Shown here: positions 13,105 to 26,850 of the stretch, piece after piece
Layout of the letters: each line of letters starts with the position of its first letter
How positions within the stretch are numbered: the stretch's first letter is position 1
Origin: Chiloscyllium plagiosum
Lineage: Eukaryota
Length of the DNA stretch: 64,000 nt
Assembly: GCF_004010195.1 (NCBI RefSeq)
Contig: NC_057719.1
Location: forward strand, 24,045,933-24,109,932
Reading direction: 5' to 3'
Position numbers and translations under genes: made by a program
Notes under the pieces: model-generated
Database searches by the model: none
Seen by the model: the letters and a program-made list of their open reading frames with translations, nothing else
Told to the model about the DNA's origin: nothing

Positions 13105-13915
13105 TGGATTCTGAAATCCAAATACATTCCAAATATCTCATACTGCAACTTTCAGTTCATCAGAGAGGCATAATGCATTGCTTAGAAATCCATTAAGGCT
13201 TTGAGTAGCAGGCTGTTGAGGTAAGTGACTGTATACAGCATCGTGTACTACACCTGAGAATTTTCCTAATGACAACTGTTAGATCCATTGATTGAAAAAC
13301 CATTATAGTTTACTGCCAAAATCCACATATCCTAAATGCATTATGATGGATTGCTCCACAATCTGAAATATGTAATGTTAATTTATATCAATGTAAGAAT
13401 GTTACACTCTCTAAATCTGGCTATGAGAAAAGTGTGAGAGGATTGTAAAAAGTAATGATAATATCTTGGAGTCCAATGAGCCAGAACATGTTATAGCAGG
13501 TCCCCCAACTTTATCTATCATCAGTTAGATTTGTCCTACATTCTTCTGCTCAAAATATTTTCCTAAAATAAAGTTATCAAAAGTGAAAGGTGTTAAACAC
13601 ATAGGGGGGCAAGTCGGACCTGAATAAAGAAGGGAAACAGGATTTCTCCTTGACCATGGAGAATAACACTATTCCCCAAGAGGGAACATTCTGCTCAAGT
13701 AACCATCACATATGGATAAGGCAAGAAAGTGGAGGTGACAATGATCAGATCAGCTATGATCTCACTGAATTCAACTATTCAATTTTTAATATTCACAACT
13801 CCTGTTACTTTTGCATTCTGAAAAATCATACAAGATTAAAAGATATATTTACAGATAGCATGAAACATAATGTAAATCTTTAACGAACAGGTACAAACAT
13901 TTCAGCAGACATTAC

Positions 13916-13990
13916 CATTTCTAGGAGCAAATTTTCTTCTTTTTCCTTCTTGTGATCCAGTAAGTCTTTTTCTTGTAACCTTTTGGGAAA
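13916..13990 (-). CDS. PPP4R4: PPP4R4 coding exon, 75 nt, phase 0-0
   Basis: FPKRLQEKDLLDHKKEKEENLLLEM. CAG acceptor, GTAATG donor, 109-nt upstream intron. Confidence 0.94.
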
Positions 13991-14099
13991 CTGGAGGAAG
14001 AAAAAAGTCAAATACTCCTTCATTAGTAACTGAATTGCTTAATTTATTTCTGGAATAATCATTTGTCTGGAGAAAAGCTATAGCAAAATGCTAACTTAC

Positions 14100-14141
14100 A
14101 GATTCCGTACTCGTTTCCATTCGATCTAATTCCAACGTAAT
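14100..14141 (-). CDS. PPP4R4: PPP4R4 coding exon, 42 nt, phase 0-0
   Basis: ITLELDRMETSTES (human TVLELDRMEMSMDA, recalled). TAG acceptor, GTAAGT donor. Confidence 0.93.
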
Positions 14142-15281
14142 CTAAAAGTAACAGCAAGAGAGTGTTGGTAGAATTTGAAAGGAGACAATAGACAAAAAAG
14201 TGATTCAGTTCTAGAATGTTATCGGGAAATTCTTGGTTTTTTCCATTCAGATTAAGACATGCTAAATAACCTAACCATTAAATTTCTTGAGGATGAAGTA
14301 ATGCTGGTAAAATAGCATTCGAAAGGAGATTACTTTTAGAAAGAATATCTTTAGATCACAGCAAATATGCCATTCTTTAAGTGTCCAAAAATCCTTTAAA
14401 AATGGGATCGACTTATATGTTCAGTCTAAAAGATGAACTGCAATTGTGTTGTAGTCACTATTTGAAATATGAAAATAAACATAACAACTGTCATTCACAT
14501 TAATGAGACAGTTTATTGAAATAATTAATTATATAAAAATACCTGTAACCACAATCAGAGCATTTTAACACAGTTAAATTCACTATCTTCAGCATCGGAT
14601 ATAAAGATTTCATCCAAATCACTTTGGCTATGTCATCATCTTAAGGATCTCACTCAAAATCAGATTTGAGGTTTGGCTTTCATTTCCATTTCTCCACAAA
14701 TCAATTTATCCTTCATCTGAATTGAATATTGCAGAATTGGATATTCTGCACTGACAGAACAATCTGATGACACTTTCTGCATTAATAGCACCCCTTATTT
14801 TGATAACCAAACCACACAAAAGGCATTAAATGGGGCTGATGCATTTTTCCATTCTTTGTTATTTTTGTTTCTCCAAAAATTCCATTCAGCACCCTCATAA
14901 TCCTCGAATAGCTTGTCGATTTAAAGGATCAAACTATGGATGTTAGAATCCTGAGTAATAATTGTAATCTGGACATTATTTCTTTGCAGGCACCACTTGA
15001 TCTCATCCATTATATGATATGAGCATGTTGCACGCTAGCAAGCTGCATATATTAATAACCATGACATTTATTCCACACATTATCCATCCATAACTTTACT
15101 CATCATCAACATACACAAAAAAAAGTGCAGGGAATTTGATGTTTAGCATGGTTGTATGTTTGAAAGTCATCACCGGTTTCATTTTGTTCAGGTGGTCATG
15201 CAGACCAGTATCACTATCAATGTAGTCTTCTCATTTCTTGTAATTTTCACTCAAACTGTTTCAAATCTTGACTTTTTGATT

Positions 15282-15690
15282 ATGATTTATTATTGTCAAA
15301 TGTACTGAGATACAGTAAAAAGTAATTTTTGCATGTTACACAGGCAAATCATATTTTACATAAGTACATCAGAGTAATAGAACAGAATGCAGAACACAGT
15401 GTTATAGGTAGAGAAGGTGCCGAAAGATCAACATAAGAGGGGTCCATTCAAAATTCTGATAACAGTGGGGAAGAAGCTGCTCTTGAATCTGTTGATAAGT
15501 GTTTTCAAAGTTTTGTATCTTCTGCCTGATGGAAGAGAGTATAACTCAGTGGGAGGTGTCCTTGATTATGTTGGCTGCTTTGACCAGGCAGCGAGAAATA
15601 CAGACAGTCAATGGATGGAAGGCTAGTTTGCGTGACGGACAGGGCTGCATTCACAGCTCAGTAATTTCTTATGGACTTGGGCTGAGCAGT
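15282..15690 (-). mobile_element. LINE 3' fragment (Rex1/L2-like)
   Basis: Recognisable fish LINE 3' region (gaagaagctgctcttgaatctg...tatcttctgcctgatggaag). Abuts a CR1. Confidence 0.45.
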
Positions 15691-15691
15691 C

Positions 15692-16470
15692 ATACAGTCA
15701 TAGAATCATACAGCTCAGAAACAAATCCTTCAGCCCAACTCATCTGCGCCAACGGACATCTCAATATGACTAGTCCCATTTGCCAGCACTTCACCAATAT
15801 GCCTTGCTATTCATGTACTCATTCAGATGCCTTTTAAATGTTATAATTGTACCCATCTCCAACACTTCCTCTGGCAATTCATTCCACACACACATCAATC
15901 TCTGCATGAAAAAGTTACCTATCAGGTCCTTTTAAAAGTTTTCCCTTCTCACCTTAAACCTACGCCCTCTAGCTTTGGATTCCCCCACCCTAGGAAAAAG
16001 ACCCTATCCATGTCTGTCATGAATTTATAAACCTCTATAAGGTCATCCCTCAGCCAGGAAAAAAAGCCCCAGCCTAATCAGCCTCTCCCTGTAACTCAAA
16101 CCCTCCAGTCCAAGCAACATCCTTGTAAACCTTTTCTACACCCTCTCAAGTTTAATATCCTTCCTATAGAAGGCAACCATAATTGTTTGCAATATTCTAA
16201 AAGTGGCTTCACCAATGTCCTGTATAACTGTAACATGTCATCCTAACTTCTATACTCAATGTTCTGACCAATGAAGGCAATTGTGCCAAATAACTTCTTC
16301 ACCACCTTGTCTACTTGCAACTCCACTTTCTAGGAACTGGGCTCCTGCATCCCAAGGTATTTTTGTTTGCCAACACTCCTCAGGACCCTATCATTAATTG
16401 TATAAGTCCTATCCTGGTTTGCCCTACCAAATGCAACCTCTCACATTTATCTAAACTGAACTCCATCATT
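15692..16470 (-). mobile_element. CR1 LINE 3' fragment
   Basis: Reverse-oriented tail (catacagtcatagaatcata) and ORF2 C-terminus similar to 12300-13100. Confidence 0.88.
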
Positions 16471-17452
16471 CCATCTTAGCAATTTTGGTCTTCTGTCACA
16501 ACATTGAGCTGTTTTGTCTCATAAAATGCCAACACCAACTAGCTGGTTGAAATCTTAATTGGTCTGAGGGCTTCATATGGGTCACATATTAGTTCATATC
16601 GATATCTTTTTAAAAGCAATGTGAACTTCCAAATAATGATTGCAAGGATAGTACTCCAAAATTTTGTGGTTCAAGATGTTTACTATAATGACATGAATAA
16701 AGGCCTAAGTAATTAAACACTATTATTGTTGGCAATTTACACTTTAAATTACAGAAAGTATTACCTGTTTTGTTTTAAACACAATTGCAAAAACACTCGA
16801 CTAGTACATGTAATACTGTCTTTTAAGTGAATATTGAAACTTCTGCTCTTCTTGTTTTTATCTAAGTGATAATATCTAGCTTGAGAACTGTGCTTTGTAG
16901 TGAGAGTGTTACTGGAGATCTTCCTTCTGGCATGAGCTAGTTAAATCTTGCAACTTCATTTTAACTCTTTTGAATTTGTGTTTTTTTTAAATGCAAGCTT
17001 GAGCTTCCACACACATTCTGGTAGGTTGAACCACAGAGCCTTGAGACTTGTAGATGCTCTCCCTCTAGGTGTCTGGCAAACTAAACTGTTTCTGATAATC
17101 ATTGATGTTTTAGGAAAACCTTATAAACTTCGTAATTGTACCACATTTAAATGATTGTAGGATGATGATGATTCTGACGATTTTGAAGACCCATTCTAAT
17201 GCATGTTTCTCAATATCAGGCCACAGGCTGGTCCCTGTTCTGATGTGCATTTGGTCTCAGACATTGACTACTATTTCCTCCTATTCTAACATCAGTTCTT
17301 CATCGAATTCCTTTGCTACAGTATGGTTATTTGACAAGCTAGTAAATGTTATGACTTCTAGTTTGAAAACAGCGTCATACTTCAATACTTTTAGTGAAGG
17401 AGCCATTTCTGTTTCTCACTCACTACTACCATATTAAGTTTGCTCTTTTAAT

Positions 17453-17577
17453 AAAAGCAAAATACTGCTGTTGCTGGAAATTTGAAACAAACACAGAAGA
17501 AGCTGGAGAAACTCAAATGGTCTGGTACCAATTGTGAAGAGTTAACATTGAGTCCAACATGATTCTTCTTCAGAAAG
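17453..17577 (-). mobile_element. Penelope-related short repeat with decayed hammerhead
   Basis: Minus strand reads ctgaagaagaatcatgttggactcaatgttaac...gagtttctccagc. GAAA box lost. Confidence 0.6.
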
Positions 17578-18526
17578 TTCCTTTGCAACAAAGCCTGTAT
17601 CATCTGCTTGATCCCATGTGCAACTTACAGCATAAATCAAGTGAAATATGATTTGATATGAAAACTTTAGGTAGACTATAAATGTGAGTATAGCATTTTG
17701 CAGTTGAAAATAAATAGTCAACCAGAATTTAATTCTGAAGTATATGCAAAAGTATGATATTGATAAAATGGAACTATCTCATAGGTGGGGCCGACCTAAA
17801 CACAGCAATCTACAGTAAAGTGCATTCTAAACTTAGAAGCTAACAATTTCCAGAAAAAAAATATAAATTTTCAAAAAGATCTTTTTTACTTAATTTTAGG
17901 ATAAATTGTTTCTATTATATACTGGTGTGAACAGATTGCAACAGGAAAATAGTTTTGTGACCACAAACATATGGTATAATAGGCAAAATTCTGCTGAGAC
18001 AGGGTATTTCATGGTGTGTTCATCATTCTGACTTGTTCCAGCATATGTAGGTTTTAAACATCTTGCCAACAAAGCTGCTGGATGTATATGCTGCCAATTG
18101 TGTAATGGATGGAACAAGGCATTTCAGACACAAATGTTTGTGAATCTCCTTAACCAACATGATTACAAGGTTAAGGATAGTGAAGTAAACAAAGAAAGCA
18201 TTGAGTTGGTTGGTGAACTAAAATAGCTGAATTCTATGTTAAATCAGGAATAGAAGGGCCAAGTGAGAAAAAAAAAAGACTGGATTACGGGAGAAAGGTT
18301 AAAAAAGAAAAGCCAAAGGAAAAGAAAGATTAAAGAAATGATAAATTTGATAATTTTAACATTTCTTAAAACAATTCACAACCTGAGGAATGAGGTGTTA
18401 CATTGTCAATCTTCAGTTTTTGGGCAAGAGTAATGGATGGTCATTATCAAAAACGATTACGTTAAAAGGTTACTTACAGTGATGATTTCAAAACTTGTTT
18501 ATTTCTGGTGAATTTAATTGAATACT

Positions 18527-18750
18527 AGTCTGTTAGCTCAGTTGGCTGGACAGTTGGCTTGTGATGCAGAGTGATACCACCAGCATGGGTTCAATTCCCA
18601 CACCGGTTGGGTTACCATGAAGGATTCTGCTTCCCAACCTCTCCCCTCACCTAAAGCATGGTGACTCTCAGGTTAAACTACAATCAGTCCACTGCCTTGA
18701 ATGAGGGAGCAGCCCTATGGTCTTGTGAGACTATGGTGGCTTTACCTTTA
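18527..18750 (+). mobile_element. tRNA-derived SINE
   Basis: A box TAGCTCAGTTGG, B box GGTTCAATTCC, followed by a non-tRNA body ending ctttaccttta. Confidence 0.75.
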
Positions 18751-19145
18751 ATCGATAATTAATGTGCAAACGCTAGAACTTCATGAAAACCAAGGCCAAA
18801 GTTCGTGGCGAATCTTGTAGCTATTCATAATTCATAGGACACCTCTACCTCTACACAAGTTGCCGGCCAACTTTTGTATTAATAACAGAATGCTTAGATT
18901 CTATCATTTTTTACAGCAAAATATGCCCACTAATAGCTAATTCCAATATCTTATATATTTTTTAAATATTAAAGAATTTAGAAGCGAGTTTTGAAATATA
19001 TTGGACATCTAAAATCAGATTCACTTTTCTTTCAAATGATCCATTGATTTAGTCAAATAGAGAAAGTTACCTAATCTCAATAGTAAAGCTTTAACACTGA
19101 CTGCAGAATTATCAATTACAAAAATGATATAAGAAATAAACATAC

Positions 19146-19290
19146 AATTCTCACTATTGCTGTGACATCTTTGTCCTTTTCCTGACAAAGTAATTTCCTA
19201 ACACAAAGCTCTAGCTGTTGAAGCAGGTGTTTGTCGGCAGGCAGTTTCAATGCAGACTTCAATTTTGGCAGCATGTAACAGAATTTAATC
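19146..19290 (-). CDS. PPP4R4: PPP4R4 coding exon, 145 nt, phase 2-0
   Basis: (R)IKFCYMLPKLKSALKLPADKHLLQQLELCVRKLLCQEKDKDVTAIVRI. CAG acceptor, GTATGT donor. Confidence 0.97.
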
Positions 19291-21106
19291 CTGAAAAAGT
19301 AAAAATAAAACAATAAATTGAGAGTTACAGTACAATATTATCGTGAGTTCTTGTCTTAAAAAAATGAATTTTCAAAACACTGAAATCTATTAAAATGCTA
19401 GCTCCACAATACAAATAACTCCTACTTTTTTTCTATTTATCAGTTAAGCCATCAAATGGACATTTTCTTAAGAGATATGGTCAAGGTATGTTGAGATCTA
19501 CCATCATACATTTTTCAAAATATAGTTGTGCATTTGGTTTAGGGAAGGGGTTGAGGATGATGAAGGCGATCGGATAGAATAGAATGGGCACAGGAAGTTG
19601 AAATGATTACACAGACTTTGCTGCTGATTTAGATTAGGGTTAATGCATAAGAACATCAGTGGGAGGGCATCTGCACTAAGCTGCTAAAACAGATAATTCA
19701 TGATTCTTTTTAAATACTCAAACCTGTGATATGTAATTAATGGTGTGCAATTTATCATCATTAGATGTCAAACCAGAAATTGGAGTTGGGGAATTTATTC
19801 AGGATCTACAACTGTATTTACACGGAGTGGATGATGCATTCTAATGAGTCTGTCCAGGCACCCACATTCACAGCTGCATCAGCCACAAACCTAGAATTAG
19901 CGCAGCACTTCATTTTTTAAGTTGGCTGCCTGTAAGACACATATTCAAGTCCATTACCATACTTAATCCACGGCTCACTAAACTGTCAAAAATGGTACCA
20001 AATTGAATTGTTATTCATCTGAAATGGAGCAGATATTCTGTCTCAATCAGGAGATTTGTATTTGCAGAAGCCAGGGAAGCCTTGAGGAACCCCAATCTGT
20101 GCTGCAGATTAATGTGTAAAGGCCATAAAATTTGCCAGTCAATTCCCAAGCTTAAAGCACATAATTATGCAAAGATGGATAGTGGATCATAAGATTGGAC
20201 AGAACATAAAGAACTGCAAAGAATGGCTAAAAGATAAGAGTGCAAGGGAAGTAAGTTAGCGATATAAAATAGATATTCATTGTTTTAATAAATATTTCAA
20301 AGGAAAAGTTAACACAGTCAGCTTTGGCTCTATAGAAAGTGAGTTTGGAGAATTAATAATGGAAAATAAAGATATGGTAGATGCAATGAACAAATATTTT
20401 GCACTGGTCTTCAATATAGAGGATTTAGTAACACCCCAGAAATAGCTGTAAAACATCAGGAAATGGATGGGAATGAGGAATGCAAGAAAATTACAATCAC
20501 AAGGGAAGTAGGTAGTTGAAACTGCAGGTTCAGAAGTCTATTAGGACCAGAGGACTTCATTTTGGGACCTTAAAAGACATTGCTAGTGAATCAGTTGATG
20601 CATTGGTTTTTATTTTCAAAAGTTCTTTCGATTCAAAGAAGGTTCCATTACATTTGAAAATAACACATTTAATTCCTTTACTCAAAAATGGAGACAGAAG
20701 TCAGGAAACTACAGGTTTGTTAGGTTACCACTTGTCATCAAGGAGATTTCAGAAACTGCTTCTCGTAATTTTATCACAGGGCACTTAGAGAAATCTAAGG
20801 TAATCAGGCAAAGTCAAATAGTTTTGAAAAAGGGAAATCATGTTTACTGAAGTTTGTTGAAGTAAGATGTACACTGAATAAAGTGAAACCAGAAGGTGTA
20901 CCATCCTCAGATTTCCATAAAGATCTGGCAAGATGAAACATTAAAGGTTTTTGAAGAAAGGAAAAGCTCACGATATAAGGATTAACATGTTGGTTTGAAA
21001 AGATTAGCTACCAGGAAACAGAGTGGACATAAATGGGCAATTTTCAGGGTGGAAAGATCTTATGAATGGTGTGCCATAATATCTGTGCTTGGACCAAATT
21101 TTTATA

Positions 21107-21280
21107 GCTGGAAATGTGTTGCTGGAAAAGCGCAGCAGGTCAGGCAGCATCCAGGGAACAGGAGAATCGACGTTTCGGGCATAAGCCTGTTCCCTGGATG
21201 CTGCCTGACCTGCTGCGCTTTTCCAGCAACACATTTCCAGCTCTGATCTCCAGCATCTGCAGACCTCACTTTCTCCTCCT
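21107..21280. mobile_element. palindromic Penelope-related short element with 11-bp TSD
   Basis: Inverted arms 21107-21162 and 21186-21241. AAATTTTTATA at 21096-21106 and 21281-21291. Confidence 0.88.
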
Positions 21281-21649
21281 AAATTTTTATAATTTGTATT
21301 ACTTGTGAAAGGTCCAAAGATATGGTTACCAAATTTGCTAATGATACAAAAACAGGTAGGAAAATAAGCTATGAAGAGGAAATAACAAAGCTATAAAGTT
21401 ATAAAGATAGTTAAGTGAACGAGCAGATGGATTCTAAGCTAGTAAAGTGCGGAATTGACAATTTTTGCAAGGAAGAATAAAAGGAAGCAAATTGGCTAAG
21501 TGTTGAAAGGTACAGTGCTATGAGATGCAGAGGGATCTGGATGTCTGAGAACCTGATTTACAAAAGGTTGATATGCAGGTACAGCAGGTAATTAAGAAAG
21601 GTAATAGAAAGCTATTACTTATTGTGAGTGGAAGTAAATACAAAAGTCA

Positions 21650-23635
21650 ACAATAATCTCTCAGTCCAACTCATGCAAGCCAATCAAGTTGCTGAAACTG
21701 AGCTATTCCTACTGAGCTGCATTTGGCCCATGTCCCTCTAAACTTTCCCATTCATATGCCTGTCCAAATGTCTTTTAAATGTTGTAACTAGCCATGCATC
21801 TATCACTTCTTCTGGAAGTTCATTCCACCTATGAACCAGCCTCTGTGTGAATCCCTTTAGTTTTGAAGTCCCCAACCCTAGAGAAAAGACCTTTGCTATT
21901 CACATTACGTATGCCCCATATGATTTTACAAACATCTGTAAGGTCATCCCTATGCTCTAGAGAAAAAAGTCCCAGCCAATCAAACCAGATCTGGACACAA
22001 CACTCCAAAAGAGGCCTCAACAACATTCTGTACAACCTCAACATGATGATCCACCTCCTATACTCAATGTCTAATCAATGAAGGTAAGTGTGCTAAATGC
22101 CTGCTAACCACCCTCTCTATATGTGATGCAAACTTCAAAGAATTATTAACTTACCCCTAGATCTCTTGTTCTACAACATACCCAATTCCCTACTTTTAAA
22201 TGTATAATTGCTGCTCTTGCTTGCTTTAGCAAAATGCTATAGCTAACATTTATCTAAATTAAACTCCATCTGCCATTACTCCACCCATTGAACAATATCA
22301 CTTTGTAATCTTAGATAACTTTCTTCATTGCCCATTATATCACCAATTTTGACATCATCCGCAAATTTACTAACCTTGCCTTCTATATTTTGGTCTAAAT
22401 ATTTCAAATAAATGACAAACAAAAGTGGACCCAGCACCGATCCCTGTGGAACACTGCTGATAACAGGCCTCCAGTTGGAAAAACAAGCCTCCACCATCAC
22501 TCTGTCTCCTGCCATTAAGCCAGTTTTGTATCCAATTGGCAAACTCACCCTGAATCCCATGTGATCTAACTTTATTAATTAAATCTATCATGTAGAGTCT
22601 TGTCAAAGGCTTTACTAAAGTCCAAATAAACTTGGGCAGCACAATGGCTCAGTGGTTAGCACTGCTGCCTCACCGCGCCAGGGACCCAGGTTCGATACCC
22701 ACCTTAGGTGACTGCCTGTGTGGAGTTTGCACATTCTCCCTGTGTTTGCTCTGGGTGCTCCGGTTTCCTCCCACATTCCAAAGATGTGCAGTTCAGGTGA
22801 ACTGGCCATGCTAAATTGCCCATAGTGTTAGGTGCATTGTTTAAGGGTAAATATAGGGTAGGGGATTGGATTCTCTTCGTAGGGTCGGTGTGGACGTGTT
22901 GGGCTGAAGGGCCTGTTTCCATACTGTAGGGAATCTAATCTAAACAACTTCTACCACTCTGCCCTCATTAATTTTCTTGGTTATTTCCTAAAAAAAACTC
23001 AATCAAGTTTTTGAGACATGATTTCCCTCACACAAAACCATGCTAACTATCCTTTATCATTCCTTACCTCTTCAAATGTATATAAATTCTATCTTTCAGA
23101 ATCAATTTCAACAACTTACCGACCACTGAAATCTGACTCACAAGTCTATAGTTCTCAAGCTTCTCCTTACATCTTTTCTTGAACAAAGGCACAACATTAA
23201 CCAGTCTCCAGTCATCTGGCACCTCACCTACAATTACAGACGATGCAAATATTTCTGCAAGATTAACAAACCCTCCAGTCCTGGTAACATCCTTGTAAAC
23301 CTTTTTATAATTCCTCTCCAATTTAGCCATATCCTTCCTACAGCAGGGTGACCAGATCTGTAAACAGTACACCAAAAGTGGCCTCACCAACATCCTGTAC
23401 AACCATAACATGATTTTCCAACTTTTACATCAGTGGTCTGAGCAATGAAGGTAAGCATGTCAAATGTCTTCTTTACCAATCTGTCTACCTGTGATACAAC
23501 TTTCAATGAACTACATACCTGAACCCCTATGTCTCTTTGTTCTACAACACTTTTCAGGGCCCTACCCTGTGTAAAACCTACCCTTATTCATCATACCAAA
23601 ATGCAAAACCTCATATTTTGCTAAATTAAACTCTA
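21650..23635 (-). mobile_element. CR1 LINE fragments, rearranged, nested in the older CR1
   Basis: [20 protein letters not shown] and NYRLVS motifs on the minus strand. A second ORF2 C-terminal segment is joined at ~23265. Confidence 0.88.
22634..22942 (+). mobile_element. HE1-type tRNA-derived SINE
   Basis: GGCTCAGTGGTTAGC A box, GGTTCGATACC B box, conserved central core, CR1-like tail with AATCT repeats, TAAAC on both sides. Confidence 0.9.
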
Positions 23636-24997
23636 TATGCTTCAGTTACAAAGGACATTAGTAAGATTCCATCTGAAGTGTATCAATCTCATACTGCAGG
23701 AAAGGATATAAATGTATTGAGAGTACCTTAGAGAAGGTTTAGAAAATTAATACCGGGAATAAAGGGTTGTCAAATGGAGCAAGTTTGGACAGCCAAGACT
23801 TGTACCTTCTACAGTTGAGAGAGTAAGTAAATTGATTGAAACTGAATATCCTGATGGGCCTTGATGCGGCGGATATCGAAAGGATGATTTCTCTTGTAGG
23901 TAAACTTAGAACTAGGCCCACTGTTTAAAAATTAGGGGTTGCTCATTTAAGATAGAGAGAAGGAGCTTTTTCCTTCCATGCAGAGAATGACTTTTTGGAA
24001 TTCTCATCCTCAAAATGCAATGGAAGCACAGATTTGAATATTTTTCAGGTACTGGTAGACAGATTCTTAATAAATAAGGTGGTGAGTGATCATCAAAAGG
24101 AGGCAAGCATGTGGATTAATGACGTCACTGATTGGCACAGCAGGGTCAAGGAGCCAAGTGGTCTATTGCTGATCCTAATTCTTGCATGCTCATATATGTA
24201 CTGGCAATCATCTCTAAAGAAATGAACACATTCTTAGAAAAACATTTCCACTTGGGTAAAGGAGAACCCAACTGTTTTCAATATTTAAAAGGTTTTCTTG
24301 GTTGTCAACTGCTTAGTCTTGTCAATTCCCACCATTCTCTCAGCTCACTTTACGTGGTCAGCTCCAGGAAACTCAAAGCATTGAGAGCTAAAGGTGAAAT
24401 CTAGGGTTGAAAGTCAATCCAATTGCCTTTAACACAATCAAATGTCAGCCCATTGGTGTTTCTCTTGCACCAATGAACCTACTTAAATTATGTAAGGCAT
24501 TCAGTGGGATCCTGCTGGCTACGTGATCACATCAGCAATTCTAGCTATGTAGCAGGCTGATTAAAACTCCCCTCAATGGTTCTGTAAGTCCTAAGCCTCA
24601 CTGCCCAGCATCATTAAACATGTAGGCGGCTACCCCAAAATGTTTTGAACCAAGTACTAGTCATTACATCAAATTTGTTTTTGGCCGTTGCAATATTAAC
24701 CTGAACGATGTGAAATTTTGTGCAACACTTTAACGACTCCAAAAGGTTGAAACAACATAAGTTTCACTTCTCACAATCTCAAAGACCAGTTATGAAAAAT
24801 AAACTTCACAATGATGCAGAAGGGAATGTGGAGAAGATAGTTATTTCTGCCACTGAAAGAAATTCTGACAGTATCAGGTTGTATCACACATTGTAACATG
24901 TGCTTTTCACTTTTGCAGTTACAGAAAAAAACCCATTAAAACCTGATACCAAGCAACAAGCATACAACATGTAGTGTTATATTGATAATTTACTCAC

Positions 24998-25145
24998 CTT
25001 ACATTTGGAACAGGATCATTTGAAAGTTCAAGTACAGGCAGGAAAAAGTATTTACAGAAGAAAGCTTTTGAAAACAGATCCATGATGCATTCACAAGTGT
25101 CAAGAAACCTTAACCTGTTCCAACAACTTTTTCCTTGACCAAGCT
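24998..25145 (-). CDS. PPP4R4: PPP4R4 coding exon, 148 nt, phase 1-2
   Basis: (Q)LGQGKSCWNRLRFLDTCECIMDLFSKAFFCKYFFLPVLELSNDPVPNV(R). CAG acceptor, GTGAGT donor. Confidence 0.97.
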
Positions 25146-26087
25146 CTGGAAAACAAAAGTATAACGCCTAATAATCAAATAAATGTTTTTTTCTTTTTAA
25201 GAAGTACAATATATTTTGTGGTTTCATTACAGTCTCTCCTTTTGTTAGAAAATATCCACATTACAAGTAAGCAATCATGTGTTAAATATGTGGGAAATTT
25301 GAAATGAAAATAGAAAATTGTGGAACAATACAGCAAGACAAGTAAAGAAAACAAAATACTAGTTTAAAAATGCTTCAGGGTTATTCACCCAAAATACCAA
25401 TAACTTGTCTCTTCTCTTTATAGATGTTAACTCAGCTACTGCATATTTCCAAAACTAGAAGACATACTTCAGACTTACACGTGGCAAATTTTAGCAATGG
25501 TACATGATAGAATATAGGCAAAATAATGCCTGTCTGAATGAAATAAATCTTCGAATTAGCTGGTACACCGTAGGAACATCTGCACCATTCAAGCTTTTTT
25601 GGATGGGTATTAAATATAGCCCCAAAGTTTTATTCTCCAATTTTTCTGTGATAGATGCAGGTATGAATGTTTAATAATTTTTCAAAATATCAATTAAGGA
25701 AAATGTTCTGTCGAAGCCTTTACTAATAATTTTACTATGCCTCTTTCAATAATGATTAAAAATAACAAAGTCATAACACATTCTACAGCAAATTTTGTGA
25801 ATTTATAATTAGAATAATTGCCTCTTAAGGTGTTAGTCTACCACAGGAGTAGAAAGTAAAATTTGTGCTGAAGGTTCATAAGAGACAAAAGAATGAGGGG
25901 GTGAATTTACTAGCATGTGATAAACATTGAACAGCAAAATGACTCTGTCAAAGTCCATCTCCAAAGAATAATGCATTTTTAAAATGCAGTCACTGCTACT
26001 ATGTAGGATCCGTGGCCACCAATTTGTGCACAGTAAGTTTGCAGGAATGGCACTAAGATAATGACCATAAAATCTATTTTTGTAATA

Positions 26088-26428
26088 CAGTTACACAGTC
26101 CTTTTTCCGAAATCCTCAGGGTCAGTTGTTTTTCGGGATTCATAATTTTATATTTTGGAATAATGGCATTTTCACGGTGAAATTTTAAAAATGACTGAAC
26201 AGCAAACCCACGTGTGACTAGTACGAGCACTGAGACACAATTGATGCCTGCCAGTGCTGGGCCACGCTGCCACGTCGCATCTGAGTGACATGGGTCAAAT
26301 AGGTGCGGAGTTGGGTCACCTGTTCGTACGCCAAACAATCTCGTTATGCAGAAAAAACCTTCATGAGAGAACTTTGGATTTTGGAGCTTTCCGGATTTCA
26401 GAATTTCGGATAAAAGATTGTGCGCCTG
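26088..26428. mobile_element. Tc1/mariner (pogo/Tigger-like) MITE
   Basis: Imperfect ~26-bp terminal inverted repeats (TIRs): cagttacacagtcctttttccgaaat and atttcggataaaagattgtgcgcctg. Flanked by TA on both sides. Confidence 0.8.
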
Positions 26429-26533
26429 TATTATTTGACAAATACCTAATGGCCAGGAACTGGGGAAAAGTCCTATGCTCTGCTGCAAAGTAGTGGCATG
26501 GAATCTCTTGCGATTCTGAGAAGGAAAATGGGG

Positions 26534-26850
26534 CCACACAATGGTTCAGTGGTTAACACTGCTGCTTCACAGTGCCAGGCACCCCAGTTCAATTCCAGTC
26601 AATCCTGTGGAGTTTGCACATTCTCCCAGTGTCTTTGTAGGTTTCTTCCCACAGCTCAAAGATGCGCTGGCTAGTTGGATTGGCAATGTTAAATTTCCCT
26701 TAGTGTCCATCGATGTACATGCTAGGTTGATCAGCCATGGGAATGCAGGGTTACATGGATATGGTGAGGGGTTGGGTCTGGATGCTCTTCAGAGAGTCAG
26801 TGTGAACTTGATGGGCTGAATGGCCTGATTCCACAATGATGGAATTCTAT
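26534..26850 (+). mobile_element. HE1-type SINE, diverged
   Basis: Same head, core and tail as 22634-22942. Confidence 0.85.

Larger units (their letters stand above)
20150..24185 (+). mobile_element. old CR1 LINE interrupted by younger insertions (segments ~20150-21106, 21281-21648, 23636-24185)
   Basis: ORF2 remnants run colinearly across the inserts: KFANDTK near 21330, ..YKS at ~21640, then MLQL..TLVR.HL at ~23637. Confidence 0.8.

Noticed and set aside
18527..18605. tRNA gene
   Set aside because: A and B boxes are present, but there is no clean cloverleaf and it runs into a SINE body. The same applies to the HE1 heads.
25979..26539. 186-aa ORF as a novel gene
   Set aside because: It spans a MITE and flanking intron and shows no recognisable domain.
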